Positions 36,932 through 46,249 of a DNA stretch of 64,000 nucleotides are shown here, piece after piece. The notes beneath the pieces were generated by a model, which saw only the letters and a program-made list of their open reading frames with translations, ran no database searches and had not been told where the DNA came from. The translations under genes were made by a program, and so were the position numbers. The DNA lies in the IMG/VR virus record IMGVR_UViG_3300027708_000013; one strand, written 5' to 3'. The stretch's first letter is position 1, and every line of letters starts with the position of its first letter. Source of the DNA: a virus. Lineage: Duplodnaviria; Caudoviricetes.

Positions 36932-37242
36932 TGGACATTGTAGAACTGGTAAACAAATATGGATTCCCTGTTGTAATGATGGTGGGCCTGGGCTATATTA
37001 TAAAATATGTATGGGAATGGGCAACAAAAGAAGTTAAACCTGTTATCTCAGATGCCAACACTGTGCTTATTGCACTGATTGACCGTATTCGTATGTTGGA
37101 CAACGATCTTATCAGATTGAATCAAAAGGTCAATACTGTGTTACACTTACGTGGCAAAAGCATCGAGCATGAACGTGTAGCAGCTGAACGAGAAATTAAC
37201 AAAACTGTTGATGATCGAGAAGCCTCGGGCGGTAACGGTTAA
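36931..37242 (+). CDS. small membrane protein, paralog of 36471..36752
   Basis: TM helix plus LIDRIRMLDNDLIRL. Confidence 0.7.
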   Translation: MDIVELVNKYGFPVVMMVGLGYIIKYVWEWATKEVKPVISDANTVLIALIDRIRMLDNDLIRLNQKVNTVLHLRGKSIEHERVAAEREINKTVDDREASGGNG

Positions 37243-39252
37243 TTACTTGCTGGTGGCACGGTAGGTGCCTGACCAGTCTTTAGGCACACCTTCTGCCAAT
37301 CTCAAGCTCATGCTTTTGTAGTACTCAGTTAACTCTGGCGATTGATTCGTACAATACTCTACCATTTGTAGTGCCTTCTTCCAGTTGCCAGCATAGTAGT
37401 GTCTTAAAAACTCTTGATGACCCAATTTAGTTTCAGCCAGTGTATAAATTTTTACACCTTGAGTTTTACCTTTTACAGCAATACAATCTAGTTCGGCTAC
37501 GGGATATGTATCTTTTACCAATTCCGCAGTGCGTTGACCAAGTACAATTTTGACACCGTACGGCTTGCTTTGTCCTTCCAGTCTACTCGCCAAATTGACG
37601 CCATCGCCCAAGCAAGTATAGTCAAAGCGTTGATCAGATCCCATGTTACCCACCACAACACTTGCACTGTTGATGCCAAGCCCCATGCCAAAAGCCGGCA
37701 CACCTTCTGCTGTAATTTCTCTATTAAATTCATCCAAACTCTCCATCATTTCCAACGCTGTGCGTACTGCGTCTACCGCATGTTGTGGGTTATCTAACGG
37801 TGCGTTCCAAAATGCCATCTGTGCATCACCAATGTATTTGTCCAGTGTGCCTTTGTTCTCAAGTATACGTTTGGTCATTGCTGTCATGTAACGATTCATG
37901 ATCTTTGTAAGACCCTGTACATCTGCTCCGTAATGTTCACTAATGGTGGTGAATCCACGCACATCGGTAAACATGATGGACAGTTCACGTTCCTCACCAC
38001 CCAAGGTCAACAGTTCTGGTTGACGCTGTAACTGTGCCACTAGGTCCGGACTTAGATAAGTTCCAAACTGCCGTTTAATCTGTTGTTTTTGTAGGAACTC
38101 GCTTACAAATTTAACACCATAGGCATGAAGCATAACCAGTACAAGGCCAGCGACCAAACCAGTAACATCAATAAGCCAATGGTACTGCGAGTAAGCCAAC
38201 TGGCTAGCAAAAACAACCCCCACAACAACCCCCACACTAGATATGATTCCCACATACATCCACCTCGTTAAAAATAGTAGTACTACTGCCAACACAGCCA
38301 ATCCCGCAAGTTCTGCACCATCTGCCCAAGCGGGTCTTTGTATATTTACACCACGAGCCACAGTTGCTATTACTGCAGCCTGTACGTCTTGTGGCCACAC
38401 AGCACCCACAGCAGTGGGCACTGGATTTGCTATGCCCGCGGCCGTAACCCCCACTATCACTATAGAATTATCGAACGTGTTGGGCAAATCTGTCATACTG
38501 ACCGCACGACTGCGTTGACTCCAGTCAATCCAAATTCTTCCTGACCTGTCAGTGTCAAGTATGCCTATACCACCGGGTCCACGCATCTTTTCAATACCCA
38601 ACTCACTCATTTTGATTTGAAAGTTAGTGTTGCCCTCTGCTGTCATCAGTGTGGCTAAACTGGCAGATGGATACAAGTTGCCATCAATTGCTACTACCAA
38701 GGGCATGCGACGAACAACACCATCAATTTCTGGCAGTGTGTTAACTATGCCCGAGCTTGCCGCAGCAAACTCTAAAGCAGGAATGTTTGCTATCATGCCG
38801 GGATAAGTGACTATGAGTTCGCCGTGATTGCTTCCAATAACGCTGGAGCCGGGTGGGCGTGGTGTGTTTTTATTTTGACCTGCAGGAATGTTGCTGAGTA
38901 CTACCGGATACTTCTTCAATACTTGAATCAGTGCGGCATCACCACCGGATCTATCCCGTTCACTCATTACAATGTTAAACACCACTAAGCCGGCACCTCT
39001 TTTGTAAAGGTCTCGGATCAAGTCAGCATACACACGCCGATCAAAAGGATACTGCCCATGCTGTGCTAGTGCGGCTTCGTCTATATTAATTGTGTAAATG
39101 TTGTTTAGTGTGGGTGCTTTGGCAGTGATTACAGTGTCAAAATATCTTAGTCTTACACTTTCAACAAATGTAGGATCTGCAATTCTAACGGCCAACACTA
39201 GTGCCAGTGTAAGCAAGGCTGTCCAAGGTGAGGTTAATATTTTTTTCATCAT
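37243..39252 (-). CDS. CHASE2-domain class III adenylate/guanylate cyclase
   Basis: INIDEAAL...PFDR (CHASE2), three TM helices, MFTDVRGFT, DKYIGDA, YTCLGDGVNLASRLE. Confidence 0.93.
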   Translation of the reverse strand: MMKKILTSPWTALLTLALVLAVRIADPTFVESVRLRYFDTVITAKAPTLNNIYTINIDEAALAQHGQYPFDRRVYADLIRDLYKRGAGLVVFNIVMSERDRSGGDAALIQVLKKYPVVLSNIPAGQNKNTPRPPGSSVIGSNHGELIVTYPGMIANIPALEFAAASSGIVNTLPEIDGVVRRMPLVVAIDGNLYPSASLATLMTAEGNTNFQIKMSELGIEKMRGPGGIGILDTDRSGRIWIDWSQRSRAVSMTDLPNTFDNSIVIVGVTAAGIANPVPTAVGAVWPQDVQAAVIATVARGVNIQRPAWADGAELAGLAVLAVVLLFLTRWMYVGIISSVGVVVGVVFASQLAYSQYHWLIDVTGLVAGLVLVMLHAYGVKFVSEFLQKQQIKRQFGTYLSPDLVAQLQRQPELLTLGGEERELSIMFTDVRGFTTISEHYGADVQGLTKIMNRYMTAMTKRILENKGTLDKYIGDAQMAFWNAPLDNPQHAVDAVRTALEMMESLDEFNREITAEGVPAFGMGLGINSASVVVGNMGSDQRFDYTCLGDGVNLASRLEGQSKPYGVKIVLGQRTAELVKDTYPVAELDCIAVKGKTQGVKIYTLAETKLGHQEFLRHYYAGNWKKALQMVEYCTNQSPELTEYYKSMSLRLAEGVPKDWSGTYRATSK

Positions 39253-40133
39253 TGTATTTTAAACTTTACGTATTCTGTAATTAAATCAGCCACATCTACA
39301 CCACAATAGGTTTCAAATCCCAAAAATCCTGGATTACTGTTGGCCTCGCATACTCTAAAACCTCTGGTGTCGAACAGGAGGTCTATGCCGGCTATGTCCA
39401 AGTTCAGTGCCTTGGCAGTTTCTCTGGCTAAAAAATCTATTTCTTCTGTAACTTCAAAGTTTGAACCAGTGCCACCATTGGTGATGTTGGCACGAAAATC
39501 GCCTTCGGGTGCTGTGCGTTTCATTGCACCTATTACTTTGCCACCTATCACCAGCACACGTAGATCTTCGCCCACACGTTCACCGAGATATTCTTGTACT
39601 ATCAATGTTTTTTTATTGCCTAGATTTTTAATAAACTCCATGAGCTTTTTAAAATCTCTACTGCGTTCGCAGAGATAAACCCCTTCGCCGTACGATCCTG
39701 TAACAACCTTGACCACACAGGGAAATCCTATGTTTTCTTTAACCAAAGTCTCGTCTATGGGGAAACGCACCATCATGGTGTTGGGAATGGGTATACCGTG
39801 GCGGCTTAGAATCTGGCTGGTACGCAGTTTGTCTTTTACAGTTTCTATAGCAGTGGCGCCATTTACACAGGGTACACCGGCTTGTTCAAAATGACGCACC
39901 ACAGCCAACTGAAATGGTAGTATGCCGGCGCCCAATCGTACTAGGACTAGTTTGGGCATTTCAATGGTTTCACCTCGCAGTTTGATGCCTTGACGTATGT
40001 TACGATCCACAATGATGTCAAAATCATCAGGGTGTGCCATCACAGCATCAATGTTCTTTTTAGCAAAACTCTCCATTAATCGCTCGCACTCGTATTCGTT
40101 GCGATCTAATTTAGTTAATATCAACACTGTCAT
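39249..40133 (-). CDS. RimK-family ATP-grasp ligase
   Basis: KDKLRT, PCVVKVVTGSYGEGV, IVQEY, DFRANI, EANSNPG. Confidence 0.9.
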   Translation of the reverse strand: MTVLILTKLDRNEYECERLMESFAKKNIDAVMAHPDDFDIIVDRNIRQGIKLRGETIEMPKLVLVRLGAGILPFQLAVVRHFEQAGVPCVNGATAIETVKDKLRTSQILSRHGIPIPNTMMVRFPIDETLVKENIGFPCVVKVVTGSYGEGVYLCERSRDFKKLMEFIKNLGNKKTLIVQEYLGERVGEDLRVLVIGGKVIGAMKRTAPEGDFRANITNGGTGSNFEVTEEIDFLARETAKALNLDIAGIDLLFDTRGFRVCEANSNPGFLGFETYCGVDVADLITEYVKFKIQ

Positions 40134-40885
40134 TGAATTTCATTCCAAGTTACTATTTCCCAACTGCCGTCCCAATTTTCCACAAGAGCCGAGCAACTTT
40201 CTACCCAGTCCCCATCGTTCATGTACACAATGCCTTCTATGTCACGTATTTCTGCTGTGTGTATGTGTCCACATATTATACCATCGTAACCCTTGCTTCT
40301 ACAATAGTTGGCCAATAATCGTTCAAAATTTAATATATACGCCACTGCCTGTTTGGTATTGTGTTTGATCCATTTGCTCATGCTCCAGTAGGGCAAGCCT
40401 AACCAACTGCGAACCACAGCATGATAATCATTGAGTTTGATAATAATGTCGTATAACTTGTCACCAATGTGCATGAGCCAACGTCCCGAACTGGCATGCA
40501 TCAAACTGTCAAACATGTCTCCGTGTACTATTAGATATCTATTGCCATCTAATCCTACATGTTCATAGCGATTCACCACAGTTAAATTGCCCAGTACCGG
40601 AATAAAATGCAACCATTTTCTTAAAACTTCGTCATGGTTGCCTACGACATAAACAACCTGTGTGCCTTTTTTAGCAATTTTTAATATTTTACGTATGATG
40701 TCGGAATGACTTTCGGGCCAATACCACGATTGACTCAATCGCCAACCATCAACAATGTCGCCTACCAAGTAAAGATGGTCTGCTGTGTTGTGTTTGAGAA
40801 AATTCTTTAACAGCTCGGCCTTGCAACCTCTACTGCCTAAATGTACATCGCTGATTGATATGGTTCTATACTTGTTTTTTGACAT
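40130..40885 (-). CDS. UDP-2,3-diacylglucosamine hydrolase-like metallophosphoesterase
   Basis: DVHLG, GDIVD, GNHD, HGD, GHIH, NDGDW. Confidence 0.85.
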   Translation of the reverse strand: MSKNKYRTISISDVHLGSRGCKAELLKNFLKHNTADHLYLVGDIVDGWRLSQSWYWPESHSDIIRKILKIAKKGTQVVYVVGNHDEVLRKWLHFIPVLGNLTVVNRYEHVGLDGNRYLIVHGDMFDSLMHASSGRWLMHIGDKLYDIIIKLNDYHAVVRSWLGLPYWSMSKWIKHNTKQAVAYILNFERLLANYCRSKGYDGIICGHIHTAEIRDIEGIVYMNDGDWVESCSALVENWDGSWEIVTWNEIQ

Positions 40886-40903
40886 GATGTTTGATAAAAA
40901 CAG

Positions 40904-41188
40904 TTACAGAGATTTGCCGAGTTTTTTTACACCAAAAGCCAACCCACAAGCATATTCTCCTTGCAATTCTACCAAGGTCCAAGTGCCAGTAGTTTCATTA
41001 CGAAACATTACAACCATACTTTTTTTATCGTTCTGCAGATTATAGTCCGTAAATGTCGGAACTTCTCCGTATCGTTTCAGCTCCTTAATAGCCAGTTCAA
41101 CTGGCGCACAAGTAACAGGTTTAAATGTTTCAATGTTTTGTGCCGATACAACAACAGGGAACATAAGTGCGAGCAAGAGTTTTTGCAT
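40904..41188 (-). CDS. secreted hypothetical protein
   Basis: MQKLLLAL signal peptide. Confidence 0.6.
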   Translation of the reverse strand: MQKLLLALMFPVVVSAQNIETFKPVTCAPVELAIKELKRYGEVPTFTDYNLQNDKKSMVVMFRNETTGTWTLVELQGEYACGLAFGVKKLGKSL

Positions 41189-41251
41189 AGTGGATCCAAT
41201 CAATTTACAGTATTTATTGAGCGTTAACACCCTGTTGTAAAAACGTATGGT

Positions 41252-41821
41252 TTAATTGCGTATATAACTATAATTGCCGCAACCGGAACTGCATTGTATC
41301 GACATACTGCCTTGATTGGCCTGTGTGGGACTAGTCTGTTGTACAGTGACCGTGGCACCCAAGGCACCATTTAAGTTTAAATCAAACGTTTTATTAGCAC
41401 CTACACCACCGCTTTGTGTAACATCTACTGTGTTGTTGTTGTTTGTTGTTCCGGTTGCATTGGTTATAGTTAAATTATGTGCACCGGCACCGGTTTGACT
41501 GATATTGAAGTTGTTAGCAGATCCTGAGAGATTTTGTATAGCGGCTGTGTGATTACCACTGCCATCTTGAAATAGTACAACTCCATTGTTAATGCCCGAA
41601 ACAATTTCAACGCCGACTGTTTTGGCGCCTGTGCCCTGTTGCGTGATTGAAATATTGGTATAGTCCACTGATGAAGTGTTGCCTAGATTAACTGTGGTAC
41701 TGTGGTTGTTGCCATCTTGAATTATTGTGGTAGTGTTATTATTACCAATTTGATCAATGTTGATAGTGTTGTCTGCGGCCCAGGCAACATTAAGCATCAA
41801 TAATAATAATAATTTTTTCAT
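41252..41821 (-). CDS. curlin-repeat-like secreted protein
   Basis: Signal peptide plus repeated x-Q-x-G-x-N/H units (IDQIGNNN, IIQDGNNH, ISQTGAGAH). Confidence 0.7.
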   Translation of the reverse strand: MKKLLLLLMLNVAWAADNTINIDQIGNNNTTTIIQDGNNHSTTVNLGNTSSVDYTNISITQQGTGAKTVGVEIVSGINNGVVLFQDGSGNHTAAIQNLSGSANNFNISQTGAGAHNLTITNATGTTNNNNTVDVTQSGGVGANKTFDLNLNGALGATVTVQQTSPTQANQGSMSIQCSSGCGNYSYIRN

Positions 41822-42942
41822 TTTTGTATCACTGTAATCACAGTACTGTTGCCTGAATTCACACGATTTTTAAAATCCAATACACCTTGTGTCATGTAGA
41901 TAGTAGTGTTTTGTGTAGCAGGTACAGTTACACTCATTACATTGCTACCATCGTCACGTGCTAAAGTTATCTTGGGCTCTTGTATATCAACAGTAATGCC
42001 ACTGATAGCATTGTAGTCGGGCAATAATTTATTACTAGTTGTGTTTAATAAATTTAATTGTGCTTTCATTTGAGCATCCACAATGTCAAGAATATTAGCA
42101 AGGAAATTTTGATCAAGAAAGTTACGGGCAAGTTTGTCCTGGAATACTTCTCGAGCCTGTGCGTCTAAAGCATTGGCTAGTCCTTGCTCTTTGAGAAAAT
42201 CCATATCCAATGCAGATTTCATTTCCATTCGAGTAGTAGTTCGATCTTCTTTATTAAGTTCCTTGGGAGGTGATACAATTAACATATTATTAATGGCATC
42301 TTCACTAAGTCGAAGGATAACTGGTTTTGGCGGAGGATTATTACGTGACTCTACCTTGATTGCTTGAAATGCTATATTAAGTGTAACAATGCCGGCATCA
42401 GTAGTAACATCGATGGCACCTGTTACACATTCGTCTATACTTTGATATCCAAGACGACAGCTGGGCAATAAAATAATTGTACTGGTCCCTAACTCGTCAA
42501 CTGTGGCAGTAAAATCAGTTCCGCGAACAGCAATGGTTGCTGTGGGCGTGTTAATAGATACTTTATTAGCCGGATTATGTGCTATAACGCCTGAAGCATA
42601 TCTCACTGTGCCTGCGGCCATGTTGAGTGCTAATTTTCCAGCACTGGGTTTTTTAGGATCGTAAACAAAATCATCAATGATCAAACGACTATTTTCATTT
42701 ACTTGTACTCGAGTGTCATCTGCAAATGTAATGCCAACTTTACCCTGGGCTGTCCGTACGGTGTCGTTCATCTCCATCCCAGTGCCCTTGTTCGCTGTCA
42801 GTGTCGTTGTTGAGCGTTGTATTGAACCCGGACTGTTTATTTGTTCTGTCACTGTTCCTATTGCCGCTATGCAATTCAGTGATGTACTCATCAAGAGTAC
42901 GCATAATACGTCCGTCCATATTAGTCTCCTGGTCTGAATCAT
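41818..42942 (-). CDS. FecR-domain periplasmic protein
   Basis: DTVRT...ITFADDTRVQVNENS, INTPTATIAVRGTDF. Confidence 0.85.
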   Translation of the reverse strand: MIQTRRLIWTDVLCVLLMSTSLNCIAAIGTVTEQINSPGSIQRSTTTLTANKGTGMEMNDTVRTAQGKVGITFADDTRVQVNENSRLIIDDFVYDPKKPSAGKLALNMAAGTVRYASGVIAHNPANKVSINTPTATIAVRGTDFTATVDELGTSTIILLPSCRLGYQSIDECVTGAIDVTTDAGIVTLNIAFQAIKVESRNNPPPKPVILRLSEDAINNMLIVSPPKELNKEDRTTTRMEMKSALDMDFLKEQGLANALDAQAREVFQDKLARNFLDQNFLANILDIVDAQMKAQLNLLNTTSNKLLPDYNAISGITVDIQEPKITLARDDGSNVMSVTVPATQNTTIYMTQGVLDFKNRVNSGNSTVITVIQK

Positions 42943-42943
42943 G

Positions 42944-43858
42944 TTATCTAATAGCTGGCAATGTAACCGGTGCTGTTAATAAGGGCACACCAGAACCTTG
43001 ACTGATATTAACTGTGTTGCTGTTACCGCTAATTTTTACGTTGGCATCATTGGTGGAGCCACCGCCAGCACCTTGATTAATACCAACCCAGTTACTACTA
43101 CCAGTTAAGCCAATGTTGGCCGAGTTGTTGCTACCGTTTTGTACTACAGTAACAGCATTGTCGTTACCAACCAAGGCATCACCACTGGCATAACCTGCTA
43201 TAGATGTGGTATTACCGGCGCCGTTTTGTTTAATGTCAAACGAGTTAGCAATCCCATCAGCGTTGATACCAATTGTGTTGGTGCCGCCGGCTTGATCAGT
43301 GACAACTGTATTTTGTCCGCCAGTTGATAATGATACATTAACGGAGGTAGAGTTATCTCTGATCTTGGTTTGTACATTATCGCCTTGGCCCTCTGTAGTT
43401 ACACTAACAGTATTACCTGAACCTTGTACATCAGCTTTAAAGTTTGCACCGCCTCCGGTTTGAGTGACATCAATTTGAATATTAGATGCTGTGCCTTGAC
43501 CACTGGCATTGACGTCAATTAATGCTGTGTTGTTATTGCCGCCTGACACACTGTAGTTAATGTTGGCCGATACACCGTTAGTAGTTGTTGCAGTAACCCC
43601 AAGTGATAATGTGTTGCCTGCTCCGACTTGGTTTACATTAATTTGTGAATTACTTCCGTTGAGAGTTGCGGCATCTTGCCCTTTGACCCCTGGTGCTCCA
43701 TTGACAATACCTTTGACAGTGTTGCCTGTTCCATCTTGTGTTATATTGATTACGGCATTGTCGCCTGCTTGATCAATATAGATGCTGTTGTCCACAGCAA
43801 TCACATGTGCCGATATCATCATGGCCATTATTGTTGTTATTATTCTAGCTTTTTTCAT
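42944..43858 (-). CDS. curlin-repeat-like secreted protein
   Basis: Signal peptide, NSIYIDQAGDN, TQDGTGN, NQVGAGN, KQNGAGN, VQNGSNN repeats. Confidence 0.75.
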   Translation of the reverse strand: MKKARIITTIMAMMISAHVIAVDNSIYIDQAGDNAVINITQDGTGNTVKGIVNGAPGVKGQDAATLNGSNSQINVNQVGAGNTLSLGVTATTTNGVSANINYSVSGGNNNTALIDVNASGQGTASNIQIDVTQTGGGANFKADVQGSGNTVSVTTEGQGDNVQTKIRDNSTSVNVSLSTGGQNTVVTDQAGGTNTIGINADGIANSFDIKQNGAGNTTSIAGYASGDALVGNDNAVTVVQNGSNNSANIGLTGSSNWVGINQGAGGGSTNDANVKISGNSNTVNISQGSGVPLLTAPVTLPAIR

Positions 43859-43887
43859 TTTTAATTCTCCTTGGCTCTTATTGGCCA

Positions 43888-44688
43888 TTATTCTGAACCC
43901 TTGGGTTCTTGAAAATCCCACACCGCCTTTCGTTGACCTTCTTTAATTAATTCCACCACGGCCGCTTCAATTGTTGCTTTGACGGCCAACGTACCGGGTT
44001 CATTGATTGTTAGTCCGGTTTCAAATTCAAATGCCTGTGTACCATTATCTAAAAATTTCAGCACTGCTACACTGTCGGCAGTGCTGTACACTAATTTTGT
44101 CACAGTGACTGCTGCCAATATCTTGCCGGTGTTGACTGATACAGCACGTAGGCTCACTGTGACAATATCTTTACTGTACTGGGTTTGTGTACCAATACCT
44201 AAAAATCTATGTGCCGCTCCTCCAGATTCCATGCCGGTGTCGTAACCAATGATACCACCTTCCATGATGATGCCGGCAAACTGCAAGGGCATGAGTGGTT
44301 TGGCATCTTTGCCTTCGTAGGCTTCACGCATTTGTTTCACTATCATGCGTTCTTTGGTAAGTGCGTCAATGTTTACTCGTTCCACTACTTCAAACCAAGC
44401 ACCATGTCCTACATCTTGTAGTGCTTTGATTAAGAATACTTCACCGCCCTGTGTCACCGCTGTTGACAAACTGGCAATGCCGGGAGTGGGTCTACGTTGA
44501 CCTGTTTTGTCGGCAAACTGATACACAGCCACACTTAATCGTTTACCACCACTTGGAGGAGGTACTGCGTCAAATTCTTTTTGCATGACATTGGCAGCTA
44601 CTCGAGGCTCAAATCGAAATCCTGCCTTTTGAGTCACAGCACATCCACTGAGCAAAGCCACTATTAATAAAGATAAGATCAGTTTCAT
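43888..44688 (-). CDS. csgG: curli secretion channel lipoprotein CsgG-like
   Basis: LSGC lipobox, VAVYQFADKTGQ, STAVTQG, WFEVVER, EGGIIGYD. Confidence 0.9.
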   Translation of the reverse strand: MKLILSLLIVALLSGCAVTQKAGFRFEPRVAANVMQKEFDAVPPPSGGKRLSVAVYQFADKTGQRRPTPGIASLSTAVTQGGEVFLIKALQDVGHGAWFEVVERVNIDALTKERMIVKQMREAYEGKDAKPLMPLQFAGIIMEGGIIGYDTGMESGGAAHRFLGIGTQTQYSKDIVTVSLRAVSVNTGKILAAVTVTKLVYSTADSVAVLKFLDNGTQAFEFETGLTINEPGTLAVKATIEAAVVELIKEGQRKAVWDFQEPKGSE

Positions 44689-44689
44689 A

Positions 44690-45154
44690 TCAATTTCCAA
44701 ATTGGAACGAACCCAAGGGTACAGTTACCTGTGTTTGATTGCCCACGGAGTCTGTCACAGTCATGTAAATATTACCACTGTCCCGACTCCAAAATATAGT
44801 ATTACCTTCAAAATTCATTGTGCCCGACGTACTACCACCTGACGCAAACATGGCAGTGGCTAAATTTTGACTGATCTGTGCATAGATACGACTTTCCAAG
44901 TTGTTCATAAACTTGCTGATATTGGTATTGGCTGCTTCTGCTCGGGCTTTATCCAATGCGGACTGTATGTCTTTGGCCACTTGCTGTCTACGAGTGTATT
45001 CTTGATTTTCAATCGTGAGAATATGACTGCTATAGCCGGACCCGTTAAAACTGGGACTTTTAAATGAATAGTCTGCTATAGGAGTGGCAAAGGCAAAAGG
45101 TGCCCATACTATGGCACCAAATGCTAGATAAAACTTATTATAATTTTTATACAT
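44690..45154 (-). CDS. csgF: curli assembly protein CsgF-like
   Basis: Signal peptide, FKSPSFNG, FMNNLESRIYAQIS, TVTDSVGNQTQVTVP; adjacent to csgG. Confidence 0.75.
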   Translation of the reverse strand: MYKNYNKFYLAFGAIVWAPFAFATPIADYSFKSPSFNGSGYSSHILTIENQEYTRRQQVAKDIQSALDKARAEAANTNISKFMNNLESRIYAQISQNLATAMFASGGSTSGTMNFEGNTIFWSRDSGNIYMTVTDSVGNQTQVTVPLGSFQFGN

Positions 45155-45212
45155 ACTCTAGCTCCTAGTGTATTTACTAAGATTTTGAGTATGTTAATAA
45201 CGCATTAGAACG

Positions 45213-45749
45213 TTAAGTACGTTTAATGCCTAGTTGATGGTAGACATGTTGTACTGCCTGTGCTTGACTTATGCAATCTTCCAAGGCGTTGTGAAGTCCT
45301 GCTTTGTTCCGTTCACGTGGGTCACCGTGTACACCAAACAATGTTCTGCTGTCGCGAATCTGCCAATAGTTCCAAGGTATGGGGCAATCCATTTGACGAT
45401 AGAGGTTTTCCAAAATAGCAATGTCAAACACAGGACCTTGACACCAGATGTTGTCAACTCCCACCAGAAATCGGTTCAACTGTTGATACATTTCTCTCAA
45501 GGAAACTCTGTTGTGTTCGCCAAATGCTTCTTCGTATACATCTGCACTTTGCCTACTCCACCATTCCAGTGTGTCATCCTGTACTGTTCTGCCCAGGGCA
45601 GTTTGCTCATCCACATTGATTCTAAAGTAGAGACCGTTGTCACCACGGATAGTGTCACTGAATGGGTCAAACTTCACAGCACCAAGAGTCAATACCACAC
45701 AATCTGGACGTGTGCCTAGGGTTTCTAAATCAAGCATGCAAGCAGTCAT
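45213..45749 (-). CDS. DEDD 3'-5' exonuclease (Rv2179c-like)
   Basis: MLDLETLG, FDIAIL, RDSRT, HNALED. Confidence 0.85.
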   Translation of the reverse strand: MTACMLDLETLGTRPDCVVLTLGAVKFDPFSDTIRGDNGLYFRINVDEQTALGRTVQDDTLEWWSRQSADVYEEAFGEHNRVSLREMYQQLNRFLVGVDNIWCQGPVFDIAILENLYRQMDCPIPWNYWQIRDSRTLFGVHGDPRERNKAGLHNALEDCISQAQAVQHVYHQLGIKRT

Positions 45750-45755
45750 AGTGTT

Positions 45756-45784
45756 ATTATACTGGGTTATTTGGCGGTTGTCAA
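45756..45784 (-). promoter_or_regulatory. consensus sigma70 promoter, probably leaderless
   Basis: TTGACA-17-TATAAT-6-ATG. Confidence 0.85.
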
Positions 45785-46246
45785 GAGTTTTGATGATTCG
45801 GCTGCCACCACTCGTTTGCGTAGACTACTGCTACTAAACGAATGATCTCTTCCGTTGAATATGCATCGAATGTTTCTTTGAGCACAGGCTTGATCACCAC
45901 TGAAGGGTTTGCCTTCGTATTCCACACCCAACACACGTACATCAATTGGCAGAATCAACAATAGATCAATGAGATCTTGTTCGGTCTGATACACCACCAC
46001 TTCATCCACATATCTACAAGCGGCCAATTGTATCTGTCGTTCCACTACACTTTGTATGGGCGAATTTTTAGTGTCGGGTCTATCTATAGTGGGATCTGTT
46101 TGTAATCCACAAATTAAATAGTCGCAGTGATTTCTGGCTTCGGCCAACATGGCTATGTGGCCAGCATGCAACATGTCAAAGGCACTGAATGTGATGCCAA
46201 TGATTTTACCCTGTTCTTTCAGTGTTCTAACTTTATTGAATATCAT
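45767..46246 (-). CDS. cytidylyltransferase (TagD-like)
   Basis: FDMLHAGH (HxGH), CRYVDEV, RDHSFSSSSLR. Confidence 0.9.
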   Translation of the reverse strand: MIFNKVRTLKEQGKIIGITFSAFDMLHAGHIAMLAEARNHCDYLICGLQTDPTIDRPDTKNSPIQSVVERQIQLAACRYVDEVVVYQTEQDLIDLLLILPIDVRVLGVEYEGKPFSGDQACAQRNIRCIFNGRDHSFSSSSLRKRVVAAESSKLLTTAK

Positions 46247-46249
46247 TTA

